NCBI GenBank assembly: GCA_051453625.1
Contig: JBOZIK010000001.1
Coordinates: 2,647,206 to 2,683,309, forward strand
Length of the DNA stretch: 36,104 nt
Origin: Welwitschia mirabilis
Lineage: Eukaryota
Direction: 5' to 3'
The notes beneath the pieces are model-generated. The model was given only the letters and a program-made list of their open reading frames with translations, searched no databases and had not been told where the DNA came from. Below are positions 34,780 through 36,104 of the stretch, one piece after another; the stretch's first letter is position 1; every line of letters starts with the position of its first letter. Position numbers and translations under genes: made by a program.

Positions 34780-36104
34780 AGTTATTTTTAGACTTGATAC
34801 CCAAAAAATAACGAAGAGTTGATAAATAATCTGATGATAAGGGTTTCATAAAGATATTGACTAGTTGATCTTTAGTACATACATATTCTAAAAAAATGAT
34901 TTTATTTTCTACCAATTCTCAAATAAAATGGTACCTGATATTGATGTGCTTAATGTGAGTGTGTTAAACTAGTTATAAGTAATTTGAATGGTACTTGAGT
35001 TATTATATAGGATTGGTACTTTTGTGATATTTAGGCCATAATCCTTTAAGGTCTCTTTCATCTATAAGTTCTAAGCGTAATATGCTCTAGTAGCTATATA
35101 CTTAGCTTTAGCTGTAGAAAGAGATATGGAGCATTGTTTCTTACTATACCAAGTGGTAAGACAATTTCTAAAGAAAAAGCATTCACTACTTATGCTCTTA
35201 TGATCATCTTTGCATCCAGACGAATCTGCATCGCTATAACCTATTAATCTTAAAGGACTATCATTTGAAAATCATAAGTCAAAGTTTAGAGTACCTTTTA
35301 CATAGTGAAGTATTCTCTTTGCAGTAGTAAGATGTGATTTCTTTGGTTTGCTTTGATACCTGGCATATAAACCAACACTAAAAGCTATATCAGGGTGACT
35401 AGCTGTTACATATAACAAACTTCCAATAATACTATGATATACCTTTTGATTCACATCCTTTCCATTTTCATCTAGATAAAGTTTAACATTTGTAGCCATT
35501 AGAGAGTCTATACATTTTGCATTTTCTAGTTTAAATTTTTTTATTAAATATAAGAAGTATTTCTTTTGATTTATAAAAATACCATGTTCATGTTGTTAAA
35601 TTTGTAAACCCAAAAACATATTATAGATCCAACCATGCTAATTTCAAATTCAGAACTTATTAGTTTGCAAATTTATTTGATAAATTTTCACTTGTTGATA
35701 CAAAAATAATATCATCCATATGATTTAAATCAGAATTGAGTCATCATTTAAAGCCTTTGTAGATAAAGTTCTATCAATGGAGCCCCTAGGAAAATCATGC
35801 TGAAGTAAGAAAAATGAAATCAAGTTTATGAGGATCAAAGAAGCCTTGAGGTTACTTTACATCCATTTCTTTTTTAATATGCCTATTAAGAAATGCACTT
35901 TTTACATCCATTTGAAAGACTTTCATTTTCTTGAAGTAAGCAAAAGCTAGAAACATCCTGATTAATTATAATCAAGCAATTGATGCAAACATATCTCTAC
36001 AATCTACTCCTTCTATTTGGGAGTACCCTTGAGCTACTATTTTAGCTTTGTTCTTGGTAATCTTATTTTTTTTATTTACTTTATTTTTGAAAATTCACTT
36101 TGTG
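34780..36104 (-). pseudogene. pol: Copia reverse transcriptase-RNaseH remnant (SIRE-type)
   Basis: KAKIVAQGYSQIEGVD; QMDVKSAFLN; MDDIIF; YHSIIGSLLYVTASHPDIAFSVGLYARYQSKPKKSH; GYSDAD; WYSKKQ; KHINIRYHFI; DQLVNIFMKPL; many stops and frameshifts. Confidence 0.95.

Larger units (their letters stand above)
32485..36104 (-). mobile_element. Sirevirus (SIRE/Maximus) LTR retrotransposon, 3' half, degenerate
   Basis: Order RT-RNaseH, repeat-rich spacer, env-like ORF, multiple PPTs, 3' LTR; truncated by an N gap on the left and by the window end on the right. Confidence 0.9.

Overview
AT-rich plant (land-plant-type) nuclear DNA made almost entirely of old, heavily C>T/G>A-eroded transposons. I can recognise no intact host gene and no intact TE ORF. 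From left to right: (A) a full-length but pol-less Athila-like Gypsy element (2530-11310, minus strand, two 1242-bp LTRs); a poorly resolved decayed stretch (11.3-16 kb); (D) a minus-strand Copia gag remnant; (C) a related gag-only Copia element (~17865-26389, minus) whose gag is split exactly by (B), a plus-strand Copia element (18679-24634, 168-bp LTRs, 5-bp TSD); (E) an RT/RNaseH-deleted Copia (~26563-29733, plus); a Sirevirus-type solo LTR (29973-30809); an intron-containing hAT transposase C-terminal fragment; and the 3' half of a Sirevirus (SIRE/Maximus) element with an env-like ORF and RT-RNaseH running off the window end. The most unusual part is the ~3.2-kb leader of element B. It holds a CpG-retaining GC-rich island, a tRNA-like A-box/B-box module and a cluster of hairpins. 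All alignments and translations were done by eye.
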